A program made the position numbers and the translations under genes. 64,000 nt of DNA from an uncultured Acidobacteriota bacterium (GTDB lineage Bacteria > Acidobacteriota > Vicinamibacteria > Vicinamibacterales > JAHECP01), in assembly GCA_963812185.1 (NCBI GenBank), contig CAWEUE010000003.1:1610512-1674511 (forward strand), written 5' to 3'. Positions 9,296 through 22,979 of the stretch are shown one piece after another. Within the stretch, counting starts at the first letter, position 1. The number at the start of each line of letters is the position of its first letter. The notes beneath the pieces are model-generated. The model was given only the letters and a program-made list of their open reading frames with translations, had not been told where the DNA came from and ran no database searches.

Positions 9296-11842
9296 ATGAA
9301 CGAGTCGTCGCGCCGGTGGGTCGTGCCGCTCCTCAGCCTCGGGCTGCTCGCGGCGGCGCTGTGGACGCTCGACGCCGAGCTCGAGCGCGTCTCCTTCCGC
9401 CAGCTCACGCACGCGGTGACCGCCGTGCCCCTGCCGGCCGTGCTCGCCGCGCTGGGCCTTACGGCGCTCAACTACCTGGTGCTCACCGGCTACGACCAGT
9501 TCGCGTTCGTCTACGCCGGACGGACGCTCTCGCGCTGGCGGATCACGCTCGCGTCGTTCGTGGGCTACGCCATCAGCAACAACGTGGGCTTCGCGCTGCT
9601 CTCGGGCACGTCGGCGCGCTACCGCTTCTACAGCCGGTGGGGCCTGAGCGCCGAGGAGCTGTCGCGGATCGTGCTGTTCTACTCGGGCACGTTCTGGCTG
9701 GGGCTCTTCGTGCTCGGGGGCTGGAGCCTGCTCGTGGTGCCGGCGGCGGAGCTGCCGGCCTTCGCCGCGCCGCTCGTGGTGCGGCTGTGCGGCGGGCTGC
9801 TGCTCCTGGCGGCGGCCGGCTACGCGGCGGCGCCGTTCCTCTGGCGGCGTCCGGTGCGCGTGCGCGGTTTCGAGGTCGCGCTGCCGCGGCCGCGGCTGGT
9901 CGCGGTGCAGTTCGCCCTGTCGACGCTCGACTGGGCGCTGGCGGCGGCGGTGCTCTGGGTGCTCCTGCCGGCGCCGCGGCCGCCGTTCGGCCTGCTCGTC
10001 GCCGGGTTCCTGGCCGCGCAGCTGCTCGCGCTCGTCAGCCACGTGCCGGGCGGGCTCGGGGTCTTCGAGTCGCTCGTCATCCTGTTCCTGAGGTCGGCGG
10101 CGCCCGTGGCGACGCTGCTGCCGGCGCTCGTGGCGTACCGGGCGATCTACTACCTGCTGCCGCTGGCCGGCGCACTCGTCGTGCTGCTGGCCGACGAGCT
10201 GCACCAGCGGCGGGTCACGCTGCGGAAGTGGACCGGGACGTTCGGCAGCCTCGCCGTGTCGCTCGCGCCGAAGGTGCTGTCGGTCTTCACGTTCGTGGCG
10301 GGCGCGGTGCTGCTCTTCTCGGGCGCGACGCCGGCGGGCGCCGGGCGGCTGACGTGGCTCTCCCACCTGCTGCCGCTCGGCGTCATCGAGCTGTCGCACT
10401 TCGCGGGCAGCCTGCTCGGCCTCGCGCTGCTGGTGCTGTCGCAGGGCATCGCGCGGCGGCTCGACCTCGCCTACCACCTGACGCTCGCCGCGCTGGGCCT
10501 CGGCATCGTGGCGTCGCTGCTCAAGGGCGGCGACTACGAGGAGGCGACGATCCTGGCGCTCGTGGCGCTGGCGTTCCTGCCGAGCCGGCACGACTTCGAC
10601 CGGCGGACGGCGTTCTTCGAGGCGCGGTTCTCGGCCGGCTGGTTCTCGGCGGTCGTCGCCGTCGTCGCGGCGTCGATCTGGCTGGGCTTCTTCGCGTACC
10701 GGCACGTGGAGTACTCGTCGGACCTCTGGTGGCGGTTCGCGTTTCGGCAGGAGGCCTCGCGCTTCCTGCGCGCGTCGCTGGGCGTCACGGTGGCGCTGCT
10801 CGTCTACGGCGTGTCGCGGCTGCTGCGCACGGCGCCGCCGGAGCTGCCCGAGCCGACCGACGCGGACATCGAGGCCGCCGACCGCGTGATCGCGACGCAG
10901 CAGCTCACCTACCCGCTGCTGGTGCACCTGCGCGACAAGGCGATCCTGTGGAACGGCGACCGGAGCGGCTTCATCATGTACGGCGTCCAGGGCCGGACGT
11001 GGGTGGCGATGGGCGACCCGGTCGGGCCGCCCCACGTGCGGGCCGGGCTCGTGCGCGACTTCCTCGAGCGCGCCGACGACTTCGACGCGGTGCCCGTCTT
11101 CTACGAGGTGCGCAAGGACAGCCTGCACCTGTACGCGGACTTCGGCCTGACGTTCGCGAAGCTGGGCGAGGAAGGCCGCGTGGCGCTCGCGCGCTTCGGC
11201 CTCGAGGGCAGCGCGGGCAAGGAGAACCGCCAGGCGCTCCGGCGCCTCGAGCGCGAGGGGCGCACGTTCCGCATCGTGCCGGCCGCCGAGATCCCCGCGC
11301 TGCTGCCGGTCCTGAGCGACATCTCGGACGAGTGGCTGCGGAGCAAGTCGGCGGCGGAGAAGGGCTTCTCGCTCGGCTGGTTCGACGAGGCCTACGTCAC
11401 GCGCTTCCCCGTCGCCCTCATCGAGCGGCAGGGCCGCGCCGAGGCCTTCGCCACGATCTGGGCCGGGCCGCCCGGCACCGAGGCGTCGGTGGATCTGATG
11501 CGCTACCGGGAGGACGCGCGCGGCACGATGGACGCGCTCTTCGTGCACATGATGCTGTGGGCGCGCGAGCAGGGCTACCAGTGGTTCTCGCTCGGCATGG
11601 CCCCGCTCGCCGGGCTCGAGGCGTCGGCGGTGGCGCCGCTCTGGGTGAAGCTCGGCTCGTTCCTGTACCGCCACGGCGAGGCGTACTACAACTTCCAGGG
11701 GCTGCGCGCGTACAAGGAGAAGTACGAGCCCGTGTGGGAGCCCCACTATCTCGCGTATCCCGGCGGCCTCTCGCTGCCGCGCGTCCTCGCCGATATCTCG
11801 GCGCTCATCGCCGGCGGCTACATGCGCATCGTCAGGAAGTGA
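9296..11842 (+). CDS. mprF: bifunctional lysyl-phosphatidylglycerol flippase/synthetase MprF family protein
   Basis: 848 aa. It has a long polytopic N-terminal domain and a C-terminal aminoacyl-PG synthase (DUF2156-like) domain: GFIMYGVQGRTWVAMGDPVG...FYEV...EKGFSLGWFD...NFQGLRAYKEKYEPVWEPHYLAYPG. Confidence 0.9.
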   Translation: MNESSRRWVVPLLSLGLLAAALWTLDAELERVSFRQLTHAVTAVPLPAVLAALGLTALNYLVLTGYDQFAFVYAGRTLSRWRITLASFVGYAISNNVGFALLSGTSARYRFYSRWGLSAEELSRIVLFYSGTFWLGLFVLGGWSLLVVPAAELPAFAAPLVVRLCGGLLLLAAAGYAAAPFLWRRPVRVRGFEVALPRPRLVAVQFALSTLDWALAAAVLWVLLPAPRPPFGLLVAGFLAAQLLALVSHVPGGLGVFESLVILFLRSAAPVATLLPALVAYRAIYYLLPLAGALVVLLADELHQRRVTLRKWTGTFGSLAVSLAPKVLSVFTFVAGAVLLFSGATPAGAGRLTWLSHLLPLGVIELSHFAGSLLGLALLVLSQGIARRLDLAYHLTLAALGLGIVASLLKGGDYEEATILALVALAFLPSRHDFDRRTAFFEARFSAGWFSAVVAVVAASIWLGFFAYRHVEYSSDLWWRFAFRQEASRFLRASLGVTVALLVYGVSRLLRTAPPELPEPTDADIEAADRVIATQQLTYPLLVHLRDKAILWNGDRSGFIMYGVQGRTWVAMGDPVGPPHVRAGLVRDFLERADDFDAVPVFYEVRKDSLHLYADFGLTFAKLGEEGRVALARFGLEGSAGKENRQALRRLEREGRTFRIVPAAEIPALLPVLSDISDEWLRSKSAAEKGFSLGWFDEAYVTRFPVALIERQGRAEAFATIWAGPPGTEASVDLMRYREDARGTMDALFVHMMLWAREQGYQWFSLGMAPLAGLEASAVAPLWVKLGSFLYRHGEAYYNFQGLRAYKEKYEPVWEPHYLAYPGGLSLPRVLADISALIAGGYMRIVRK

Positions 11843-11944
11843 TCGCGCGTCGCGCGCGAGGAAAGGCTACCGCAATCGGCGCGCGATCCACTAAAATGAC
11901 GGCGGAGGGCGCTGTTCTTTCACGCGCATCCTCCCCAGCTGCCT

Positions 11945-12960
11945 ATGAAGAAGCTCCGCGTGCTCGTGCTGATGCACGACTATCTCGTGCCGCCAGAGGA
12001 CGCCGAGAAGCACGATCTCGTCACCGTCGAGTGGAAGACCGAGTACGACGTCACGACCTCCCTGCAGGAACTCGGCCACGACGTGCGGGCGCTCGGCGTC
12101 AAGGACGACCTCGGCGCCATCCGTCAGGCCGCCAACGAGTTCAAGCCGCACATCGCCTTCAACCTGATGGAGGCGTTCCACGAGATCGGCGCGTTCGACC
12201 AGAACGTCGTCAGCTACCTCGAGCTGCTGCGGATGCCGTACACCGGCTGCAACCCGCGCGGCCTCGTGCTGGCGCGCGACAAGGCGCTGTCGAAGAAGCT
12301 GCTCGCCTACCACCGCATCCCGGTGCCCGATTTCGCCGTGTTCCGCCGCGGCCGCGCGATCAAGCGGCCCAAGCGCCTGCAGTTCCCGCTCATCGTGAAA
12401 TCGCTGACGCAGGAGGCGTCGATCGGCATCGCGCAGGCGTCGGTCGTCAGCGACGAGGACAAGTTCATCGAGCGCGTGAAGTTCATCCACACGAGCATCG
12501 GCACCGACGCCATCGCGGAGCGCTACATCGACGGGCGCGAGCTGTACGTGGGCGTGCTCGGGAACGACCGGCTCCAGGTGCTGCCGGTCTGGGAGCTCCG
12601 CTTCACGAAGATGCCGGAGGAGATGAAGCGCATCGCCACCGAGCGGGTGAAGTGGAGCTACCGCTACCAGAAGAAGCACGGGATCGTGACCGGCGCGGCG
12701 AAGGTCCCCGAGGCGCTGGGCCAGCAGATCCAGCGCGTGGCCAAGCGCGTGTACCGCACGCTCGAGCTGAGCGGCTACGCGCGCGTGGACATCCGCCTCA
12801 GCGACGAAGGGCGCTTCTACGTCCTCGAGGCCAACCCCAACCCCCAGATCGCCTACGGCGAGGAGTTCTCGGACTCCGCCGAGCGCGCGGGCCTCTCCTA
12901 CGAGGCGCTCCTGCAGAAGCTGCTCAACATCGGGCTGCGCTGGCAGCCCGACCGCATGGG

Positions 12961-12964
<4 letters not shown>
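11945..12964 (+). CDS. D-alanine--D-alanine ligase family ATP-grasp protein (non-canonical Ddl-like subfamily)
   Basis: 339 aa with ATP-grasp motifs: ARDKALSKKLL, FPLIVKSLTQEASIGI, AERYIDGRELYVGVLGN, GYARVDIRLSDEGRFYVLEANPNP. It lacks the canonical Ddl N-terminal GGxSxEHxVS signature. Confidence 0.8.
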
Positions 12965-16231
<3,267 letters not shown>

Positions 16232-16368
16232 GGGGCCTCCATCAGGACAGACCGCCATATCTTAGGATGAAAACGTGTACGAGGCACACGCGCACGAAGC
16301 GCACAGCGAGGCACCGGTGCCGTCAGGCGCCGGGCCCTCGCCGCCCGCCTGTACCGGTGGCGCACCAG

Positions 16369-16850
16369 CGGCCGGTCGGGGGCTCGCGCGGCGGGCCGTT
16401 GAGGCCGCCCGCTTCAGCGATCCGGAACGCGAACGGAGCGAGGCGTGCGCGGCGGGCTGCCGCTGCGCGGGCGTCGCTCTCCGGCTAACCCCCGAGGTGG
16501 TCGGTACGTTGGGGTGTTGATCGGCGAACCCTGCCCGCCGCGCGGATCGGAAGAGCATCGAGTCGGAGGGAGCGTTCCCGGGCGGCCGGATCCCGGCCCG
16601 CGGCGCGAGCCCCCGGCCGACCGACAGCTCCAACCGACCGGTCACCGCCTCGGGCAACGCGAGGATCGACGCGCGCGAAGCGATAGCCCGCTGCGGAAGA
16701 CTCGGCTCCGCTCGGGTTGCGCTCGGCTCGGCTCACGGCCGCCGCGGCGAGGCCCCGGCGCCCGGCCGCACCGGACTCTGCGACAGCGGCCGGTCGGGGC
16801 CTCGCGCGACGGGCCGGCGTGGTGGCGCCCGCGCGCCAGGAGTCGAGCCG
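16369..16850. repeat. composite dispersed repeat, about 420-bp unit (copy 2, about 1.1 units in tandem)
   Basis: Same blocks as 3430-3866. The unit restarts at 16788 (ggccggtcggggcctcgcgcg...), giving a period of about 419 bp. Confidence 0.8.
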
Positions 16851-17119
16851 AGCGCAGATGACTGCGGGTGGTAGGGGTGGCCTGGCAGGTCGCCCGTACT
16901 GTTCAACCGAGACAGGCCGCGAGCGCTGGGACAGTTGGACGTGCTATCGAGCTCGGTTTCTCATGGGTCCGTTCTTCCCGCCGACCAGCCGCAAGGCACG
17001 CGATAACTGTCACTTCTGAGACACTTTGAGCGAGCCAACCTCGGTGCTAGACTGCGGCCCGCAGGCGTATCGGAATATCGAGTCCCGTCGACTATTAGCT
17101 GGACCAAGAGGGACTGCTG

Positions 17120-17605
17120 ATGACACGAATCGCACTTCTTCTCTGTGTGGCCTTCATCACGATAACCTGTGCGCCTCCCGATCGCCCATCCGATGCCGGA
17201 AACAGTGGTGTGGTACGTGCGGTCTTCTCCGAGATCTGGAGCAAGGGAAAGGTCGAGCTCATTCCCGATCTCTTCTCAGAGAACTACGTCGGCCACTTTC
17301 CGGGCGATCAAACCGTGCATGGTCGAGAAGGGCTGGCAGCTGAAGTGACGGCCCACCGCACGGCCTTTCCAGATTGGGCCGAGGAGGTCGAGGACGAGAT
17401 CGTCGATCGCGACCGGATCGCGGCCCGGTTCACGTCGCGGGGCACCAACACAGGAGACTTCCTGGGAAACCCGCCAACCGGAGCCCGAGTCGAGATCTCC
17501 GAAGTCGCCATATTCAGGCTGGAGGACGGCAAGATCGCCGAGCAGTGGGTCTATCCGGACATCCTCAGCCTTCAGCGCCAGCTGAATGCCCGAAGCCAGC
17601 AGTGA
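17120..17605 (+). CDS. ester cyclase / SnoaL-like (NTF2-fold) protein with lipoprotein-like signal
   Basis: 161 aa. N-terminus is MTRIALLLCVAFITITCAPP. Ester-cyclase-type motifs are present: FSEIWSKGKVELIPDLFSENYVGH...HGREG...FPDW...RFTSRGTNTGDFLGNPPTGARVEISEVAIFRLEDGKIAEQWVYPD. The gene is visibly less GC-rich than its neighbours. Confidence 0.75.
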   Translation: MTRIALLLCVAFITITCAPPDRPSDAGNSGVVRAVFSEIWSKGKVELIPDLFSENYVGHFPGDQTVHGREGLAAEVTAHRTAFPDWAEEVEDEIVDRDRIAARFTSRGTNTGDFLGNPPTGARVEISEVAIFRLEDGKIAEQWVYPDILSLQRQLNARSQQ

Positions 17606-17643
17606 TACGTCTGCCGTCTGGCGCGCGCGTCGAGCGGAGGTGA

Positions 17644-17799
17644 ATCATCGAGACGATCTTCCGGTCCATCACCCGCCTCATGTGGCTAGGCTTCCCGGGC
17701 TACTGGCTGCTGGAAGACCAGACTCTGCAGGACGAGCTGCCGGGCTATCGCGACTATGCCCGACGCGTGCGCTATCGGTTGATTCCGGGGATTTACTGA
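17644..17799 (+). pseudogene. C-terminal remnant of an isoprenylcysteine carboxyl methyltransferase (ICMT)/DUF1295-like membrane methyltransferase
   Basis: An in-frame TGA at 17641-17643 is followed by IIETIFRSITRLMWLGFPGYWLLEDQTLQDELPGYRDYARRVRYRLIPGIY*. The ...EE.L...FG..Y..Y...V.R.IPGIY ending is typical of the ICMT family. No N-terminal part is present. Confidence 0.45.
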
Positions 17800-17870
17800 A
17801 GGGGCTCATCTGCGCGATTTGATGGGCCGGGGGTGGACGCCGCGCGGGCGGCTGATGCGGGGGCGCGGCC

Positions 17871-20363
17871 CTACAGCTTCAGCCGGCGCAGGCGCAGCGC
17901 GTTGCTGATGACCGACACCGAGCTGAAGGTCATCGCGGCGCTCGCCCAGATGGGGCTCACGAGCACGCCGATGAACGGGTAGAGGACGCCGGCCGCGACC
18001 GGCACGCCGACGGCGTTGTAGACGAACGCCAGGAACAGGTTCTGGCGGATGTTGCGCAGCGTGCCGCGGCTGAGGCGGCGCGCCCGCACGATGCCCCGCA
18101 GGTCCCCCTTCACGAGCGTGATGCCGGCGCTCTCCATGGCCACGTCGGTGCCCGTGCCCATGGCGATCCCGACCGTCGCCTCGGCCAGCGCCGGCGCGTC
18201 GTTGATGCCGTCGCCCGCCATCGCGACCACCCGGCCCCGCGCCTGCAGATCGCGCACGACCTCCTGCTTCTGCTGCGGCAGCACCTCGGCGCGCACCTCG
18301 TCCTCCGAGAGCCCGAGCTTCGCCGCCACGGCGGCGGCCGTCGTGCGGCTGTCGCCCGTGAGCATCACCAGGTGCAGCCCCTCGTCGCGCAGTTGCCGCA
18401 GAGCCTCGGGCGTCGAGGCCTTGATCGGGTCGGCGACGCCCACGAGCCCGAGCGCCCGGCCGTCGGCCGCCACGAACATGACCGTCTGGCCGTCGCGCCG
18501 GAGCTCGTCGGCCCGCGGCGCGAGCGCCGACACGTCCACGCCCTCGCGCGCCATGAGCGCCGCGTTGCCCAGCACCGCGCGGCGCCCGTTCACGCGCCCG
18601 ACCACGCCGTGGCCGGCCTCGGCCTGGAAGTCCGACACGGGCGCCAGCGCCAGCCCGCGCGCGCGCGCGCCGGCCACGATGGCCGACGCCAGCGGGTGCT
18701 CGCTCGCCTGCTCGACGCCCGCGGCGAGCGCGAGCAGGTCGTCCTCGCCGGCGCCCGCCGCCGGGACGACGCTCGCGAGGCGGGGCTTGCCCTCGGTGAG
18801 CGTGCCGGTCTTGTCCACGACGAGCGTGTCGACCGCCGCGAGGTGCTCGAGCGCCTCGGCGTTCTTGATGAGCACGCCCGCCGTCGCGCCGCGGCCCGTG
18901 CCGACCATGATCGCCATCGGCGTCGCCAGGCCCAGCGCGCACGGGCACGCGATGATGAGCACGGCGACCGCGCTCACGAGCGCCAGCGCCAGCTTCGGCT
19001 CCGGCCCCCACACGCTCCACGCGATGAAGGCCATGATCGACGAGGCCACGACGGCGGGGACGAAGTACTCGGCGACCCGGTCGGCCAGGCGCTGGATCGG
19101 CGCGCGCGTGCGCTGCGCCTCGCTCACCATGCGCACGATCTGCGCGAGCAGGGTCTCGCGCCCCACCCGCTCCGCGCGCATCGTCAGCGAGCCGGTGCCG
19201 TTGATGGTGGCGCCGGTCACCGGGCTCCCCTGCTCCTTGTCCACGGGCATCGGCTCGCCGGTGACCATCGACTCGTCCACCGTGCTCCGCCCGTCCACGA
19301 CGACGCCGTCCACGGGGACCTTCTCGCCTGGCCGCACGCGGATCAGATCGCCGACCTGCACGTCGGTGAGCGGCACGTCGCGCTCGCCGCCGTCCCGGAC
19401 CACCCGCGCCGTCTTCGGCGCCAGGCCCAGCAGCGCCTTGATGGCCGCCGTCGTGCGGCTGCGCGCGCGGATCTCGAGCACCTGCCCCATCAGCACCAGC
19501 ACGGTGATCATCATCGCCGTGTCGAAATACGGCTCGACGACGCCGCCCATGCGGAAGCCTTCCGGGAACACGCCGGGCGCCACGGTGGCGACGACGCTGT
19601 AGACGAAGGCCGAGCCGACGCCGAGCGCAATCAGCGTGAACATGTTCGAGCTGCGGTTCTTGATCGAGGCCCAGCCGCGCTCGAAGAACGGCCAGCCCGC
19701 CCAGAGCACGACCGGAAAGGCCAGCACCATCTGCACCCAGGCCGACACGCCGCGGCCGATGCGCGCCGACACGCCGCCGCCGGTCAGCATGTCGCCCATG
19801 GCGAGCGCCATGACCGGCGCCGTGAGCGCCACGCCCGCCCAGAAGCGGCGCGTCATGTCCACGAGCTCGGGGTTGGGCCCCTCCTCGACCTCCACCGTCC
19901 GCGGCTCGAGCGCCATGCCGCAGAGCGGGCAGGCGCCGGGCGCGTCGCGCACGATCTCGGGGTGCATCGGGCACGTGTACTCGGTGCGCGTCTGCGGCGC
20001 GAGCGGCGTCTCGGGCTCGAGCGCCATCCCGCACGACGGGCACGGCACGGGCTTCTCCTCGCGCACCTCGGGACACATCGGGCAGACCCAGGCGGTGGCT
20101 GACGCCTGCGGGGACTGGGGACTTGGGGGCTGGGGGCTGGAGACCGGGGGCTTGTGGTGACCCATGCCCTTGGGCTTCCAGTCCGGCGACAGGTACTTCG
20201 CCGGGTCGGCCTCGAACTTCGTCCGGCACCCGGCGCAGCAGAAGTAATACGTCTGCCCCGCGTGCTCGAGCGTGGGTTTTCCGGCGTCGACCTTGACCTG
20301 CATCCCGCACACGGGATCCGTCGCCTGGGGCTGATGAACATCCGGTTTGGTGGTGTCGTCCAA
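17871..20363 (-). CDS. copA: copper-translocating P1B-type ATPase with N-terminal YHS/TRASH domain and two CPMxP-type metal-binding motifs
   Basis: 830 aa. Motifs seen: DPVCGMQV...[12 protein letters not shown] (YHS), CPMCPEV...CPSCGM and YTCPMHPEI...CPLCGM, TM CPC motif [29 protein letters not shown]. Confidence 0.9.
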   Translation of the reverse strand: MDDTTKPDVHQPQATDPVCGMQVKVDAGKPTLEHAGQTYYFCCAGCRTKFEADPAKYLSPDWKPKGMGHHKPPVSSPQPPSPQSPQASATAWVCPMCPEVREEKPVPCPSCGMALEPETPLAPQTRTEYTCPMHPEIVRDAPGACPLCGMALEPRTVEVEEGPNPELVDMTRRFWAGVALTAPVMALAMGDMLTGGGVSARIGRGVSAWVQMVLAFPVVLWAGWPFFERGWASIKNRSSNMFTLIALGVGSAFVYSVVATVAPGVFPEGFRMGGVVEPYFDTAMMITVLVLMGQVLEIRARSRTTAAIKALLGLAPKTARVVRDGGERDVPLTDVQVGDLIRVRPGEKVPVDGVVVDGRSTVDESMVTGEPMPVDKEQGSPVTGATINGTGSLTMRAERVGRETLLAQIVRMVSEAQRTRAPIQRLADRVAEYFVPAVVASSIMAFIAWSVWGPEPKLALALVSAVAVLIIACPCALGLATPMAIMVGTGRGATAGVLIKNAEALEHLAAVDTLVVDKTGTLTEGKPRLASVVPAAGAGEDDLLALAAGVEQASEHPLASAIVAGARARGLALAPVSDFQAEAGHGVVGRVNGRRAVLGNAALMAREGVDVSALAPRADELRRDGQTVMFVAADGRALGLVGVADPIKASTPEALRQLRDEGLHLVMLTGDSRTTAAAVAAKLGLSEDEVRAEVLPQQKQEVVRDLQARGRVVAMAGDGINDAPALAEATVGIAMGTGTDVAMESAGITLVKGDLRGIVRARRLSRGTLRNIRQNLFLAFVYNAVGVPVAAGVLYPFIGVLVSPIWASAAMTFSSVSVISNALRLRRLKL

Positions 20364-20500
20364 GGTGGGTCTCCGAACTGATTCTCGGGGTTTCTTTCAT
20401 TATCCCCCGGCCGGAGCCCCGCCATGGAACCGATCTACGTAAGCTTTCGTTGATCGCACTGTTGACACCCGGCGGGCGGACCGCGCCCGGAGGAGCCCCC

Positions 20501-22939
20501 ATGCTCGAACAGGCCTGGCAGGATGTGCGTTTCGCGGCCCGATTGCTGCGGCGGAGCCCCGTGTTCACGGCGGTGGCCGTCGTCTCGCTCGCCGTCGGCA
20601 TCGGCGCCAACACCACCATCTTCACCGTCGTGAACGGACTGCTGGTGCGGCCCCGGCCGGGCCTCGTGGAGACGGGTCTGGTCGACGTCGGGCGCTCGCA
20701 GAACGGATCCGGGTTCGACAACATGTCGTACCTGAACTACGTCGACTACCGCGACGCGAGCGGGGACGTCCTGCAGGGCCTGGCGGCGTACAGCATCGAC
20801 CCGCGGCCGATGAGCCTCGCGACGGGCGACACCGCCATCCGCATCTACGGCCAGTACGTCAGCGGCAACTACTTCGACGTCCTGGGCGTCCGGCCCGAGG
20901 CGGGCCGCTTCTTCCGTGCCGATGAGGACCAGGCGGCAGGCGGCGCCGCGGTGGCCGTCGCGAGCCACCGGTTCTGGCAGGAGCAGTTCGGCGGCGATCC
21001 GTCGCTCGTGGGCCGGACCGTCACGCTCAACAACCAGGTGGTCACGATCGTCGGCATCGCGCCCGGGGCCTTCACGGGAACGATGGTGCTGAGACCCGAC
21101 GTGTGGGTGCCGCTGCACGCCCGCCCGGACCCCGGGCTGTTCACGTCGCGCGGAGGCGTCTGGCTGATCGGCATCGGCCGCCTGGCCCCTGGCGTCACGG
21201 TCTCCCGCGCCGGGGCGGCGCTCGCGACCATCGCCGCGCGGCTCGAGCACGACTACCCCGACGCCAACAAGGGCAAGGGCGTGGTGGTGGCTCCGTCGAG
21301 CGCGTTTCCGGCCGAGCTCGGGCTCTACGTGAAGGGCTTTCTCGCGATCCTGACGGGCCTGGTCGGGCTCGTGCTGCTCATCGCGAGCGTGAACGTCGCC
21401 GGCATGATGCTCGCGCGCGCGGCCGGACGCCGGCGCGAGATCGCCGTCCGCCTGGCGATCGGCGCGGGGCGCGCCCGGCTCGTGCGCCAGCTCCTCACCG
21501 AGAGCCTGCTGCTGTTCCTCCTGGGCGGCGGCGCGGGTCTCGTCCTCGCGCTCTGGATGCGCAACCTGCTCGTGGCGCTCGTACCGCAGCTTCCCCTGCC
21601 GGTGGTGCTCGACCTTCCGCTCGACGGCCGGGTGCTGGCGTTCACCGCAGCGGTCTCGCTCGCGGCGGGCGCGCTGACGGGCCTCGCGCCGGCGCTGCAG
21701 GCCTCGCGCGCCGACGTGGTGCCGGCCCTCAAGGACGATGCGCGGAGCGGCGGCGGACGCACGCTCCGCCTGCGCAACCTGCTCGTGGGCAGCCAGATCG
21801 CGCTGGCGATGCTGCTGGTCGTCGCCGCCGGCCTGTTCCTGCGCGCGCTCCAGGGCGCCGATCGGATCGACCCGGGCTTCGACCCGACCAACGTGGAGCT
21901 CGCGTCGCTCGACCTGAGCCTGGGCGGGTTCGACAGGACCTCGGGCGAGGCGTTCGGCCGGACGCTGCTCGATCGCGTGCGTGCGCTGCCTGGCGTGGAG
22001 TCGGCCTGCCTGACGGTGCAGCTCGCGCTCGACGGCTCGGGATTCGGGATGGGCGGCATCGCGCCCGCCGACCACGCGCTGCCGAACGGCCGCAAGACGC
22101 TGGGGCTCGACTGGAACGCGGTCACCCCCGGCTACTTCCGGACGCTGGGCATCCACCTGGTCCGCGGGCGTCCGTTCCGCGAGGGCGACCGCCAGGGCGC
22201 GCCGCCGGTGGCCATCATCAACGAGACGCTCGCGCGCCAGCTGTGGCCCGGCGAGGACCCTCTCGGCCGCCGGCTGATCAACCCCCGCCCAGACGGCGAC
22301 ATCACGATGGAGGTGGTTGGCGTCGAGAAGGACCGCAAGTACCGTTCGCTCGGAGAAGCGCCGCGCCCCTTCATCTACGTTCCGCTGGCGCAGCGCTACG
22401 TCTCCGGCGTCTCGCTGCTCGTCAAGCGCGCCGGCGGCCCGAGCGTCATTCCCGCGGTGCGCGCCGCGCTGCACGACCTCGCGCCGACGCTGCCCATCGT
22501 GCACGCCGAGGCGCTCGCGAGCTACATCGGCATCGGCCTGCTGCCGCAGCGCATCGCGCTCACAGTGGCCGGCAGCCTCGGCATCGTCGGGTTCCTGCTG
22601 GCGGCCGTCGGCATCTACGGCGTCACGGCCTACACGGTGAGCCGGCGGACGCGCGAGCTGGGCATCCGCATGGCGCTCGGCGCGCGCCCGCAGGACGTTG
22701 GGCGCCTGGTGCTCGCGCAGGGCGCGCGGCTCGCCGGCGCCGGCATCGCGGCGGGCCTGGCGCTGGCGCTCGTCGTCTCGCGCCTGATCGCCAGCCTGCT
22801 CTACGGCATCGGCCCGGGCGACCCCCTCACCTACGCCGCCGCCGGAACCCTGTTCGCGGCGATGACGCTCGTGGCGAGCTGGGCGCCGGCGCGGCGGGCC
22901 GCACGCGTGGATCCGATGACGGCGCTGAGAGACGAGTAG
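20501..22939 (+). CDS. ADOP-family duplicated FtsX/MacB-like ABC transporter permease
   Basis: ATG at 20501 gives MLEQAWQDVRFAARLLRRSPVFTAVAVVSLAVGIGANTTIF, the typical ADOP N-terminus. Two MacB-like periplasmic domains and two FtsX 4-TM modules follow. The C-terminus is ...ASWAPARRAARVDPMTALRDE. Confidence 0.85.
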   Translation: MLEQAWQDVRFAARLLRRSPVFTAVAVVSLAVGIGANTTIFTVVNGLLVRPRPGLVETGLVDVGRSQNGSGFDNMSYLNYVDYRDASGDVLQGLAAYSIDPRPMSLATGDTAIRIYGQYVSGNYFDVLGVRPEAGRFFRADEDQAAGGAAVAVASHRFWQEQFGGDPSLVGRTVTLNNQVVTIVGIAPGAFTGTMVLRPDVWVPLHARPDPGLFTSRGGVWLIGIGRLAPGVTVSRAGAALATIAARLEHDYPDANKGKGVVVAPSSAFPAELGLYVKGFLAILTGLVGLVLLIASVNVAGMMLARAAGRRREIAVRLAIGAGRARLVRQLLTESLLLFLLGGGAGLVLALWMRNLLVALVPQLPLPVVLDLPLDGRVLAFTAAVSLAAGALTGLAPALQASRADVVPALKDDARSGGGRTLRLRNLLVGSQIALAMLLVVAAGLFLRALQGADRIDPGFDPTNVELASLDLSLGGFDRTSGEAFGRTLLDRVRALPGVESACLTVQLALDGSGFGMGGIAPADHALPNGRKTLGLDWNAVTPGYFRTLGIHLVRGRPFREGDRQGAPPVAIINETLARQLWPGEDPLGRRLINPRPDGDITMEVVGVEKDRKYRSLGEAPRPFIYVPLAQRYVSGVSLLVKRAGGPSVIPAVRAALHDLAPTLPIVHAEALASYIGIGLLPQRIALTVAGSLGIVGFLLAAVGIYGVTAYTVSRRTRELGIRMALGARPQDVGRLVLAQGARLAGAGIAAGLALALVVSRLIASLLYGIGPGDPLTYAAAGTLFAAMTLVASWAPARRAARVDPMTALRDE

Positions 22940-22942
22940 CGC

Positions 22943-22979
22943 AGGGTGCACAGGGTGCAACGTGCACGAGGTGCACCCT
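22943..22979. terminator. GTGCAC-palindrome cluster (copy 2); hairpin between convergent genes
   Basis: AGGGTGCAC (22944-22952) and GTGCACCCT (22971-22979) form a 9-bp inverted repeat. It encloses a second palindrome, GTGCAacgTGCAC. The element lies between the ADOP stop (22939) and the Omp85 stop (22978). No T-tract. Confidence 0.45.
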
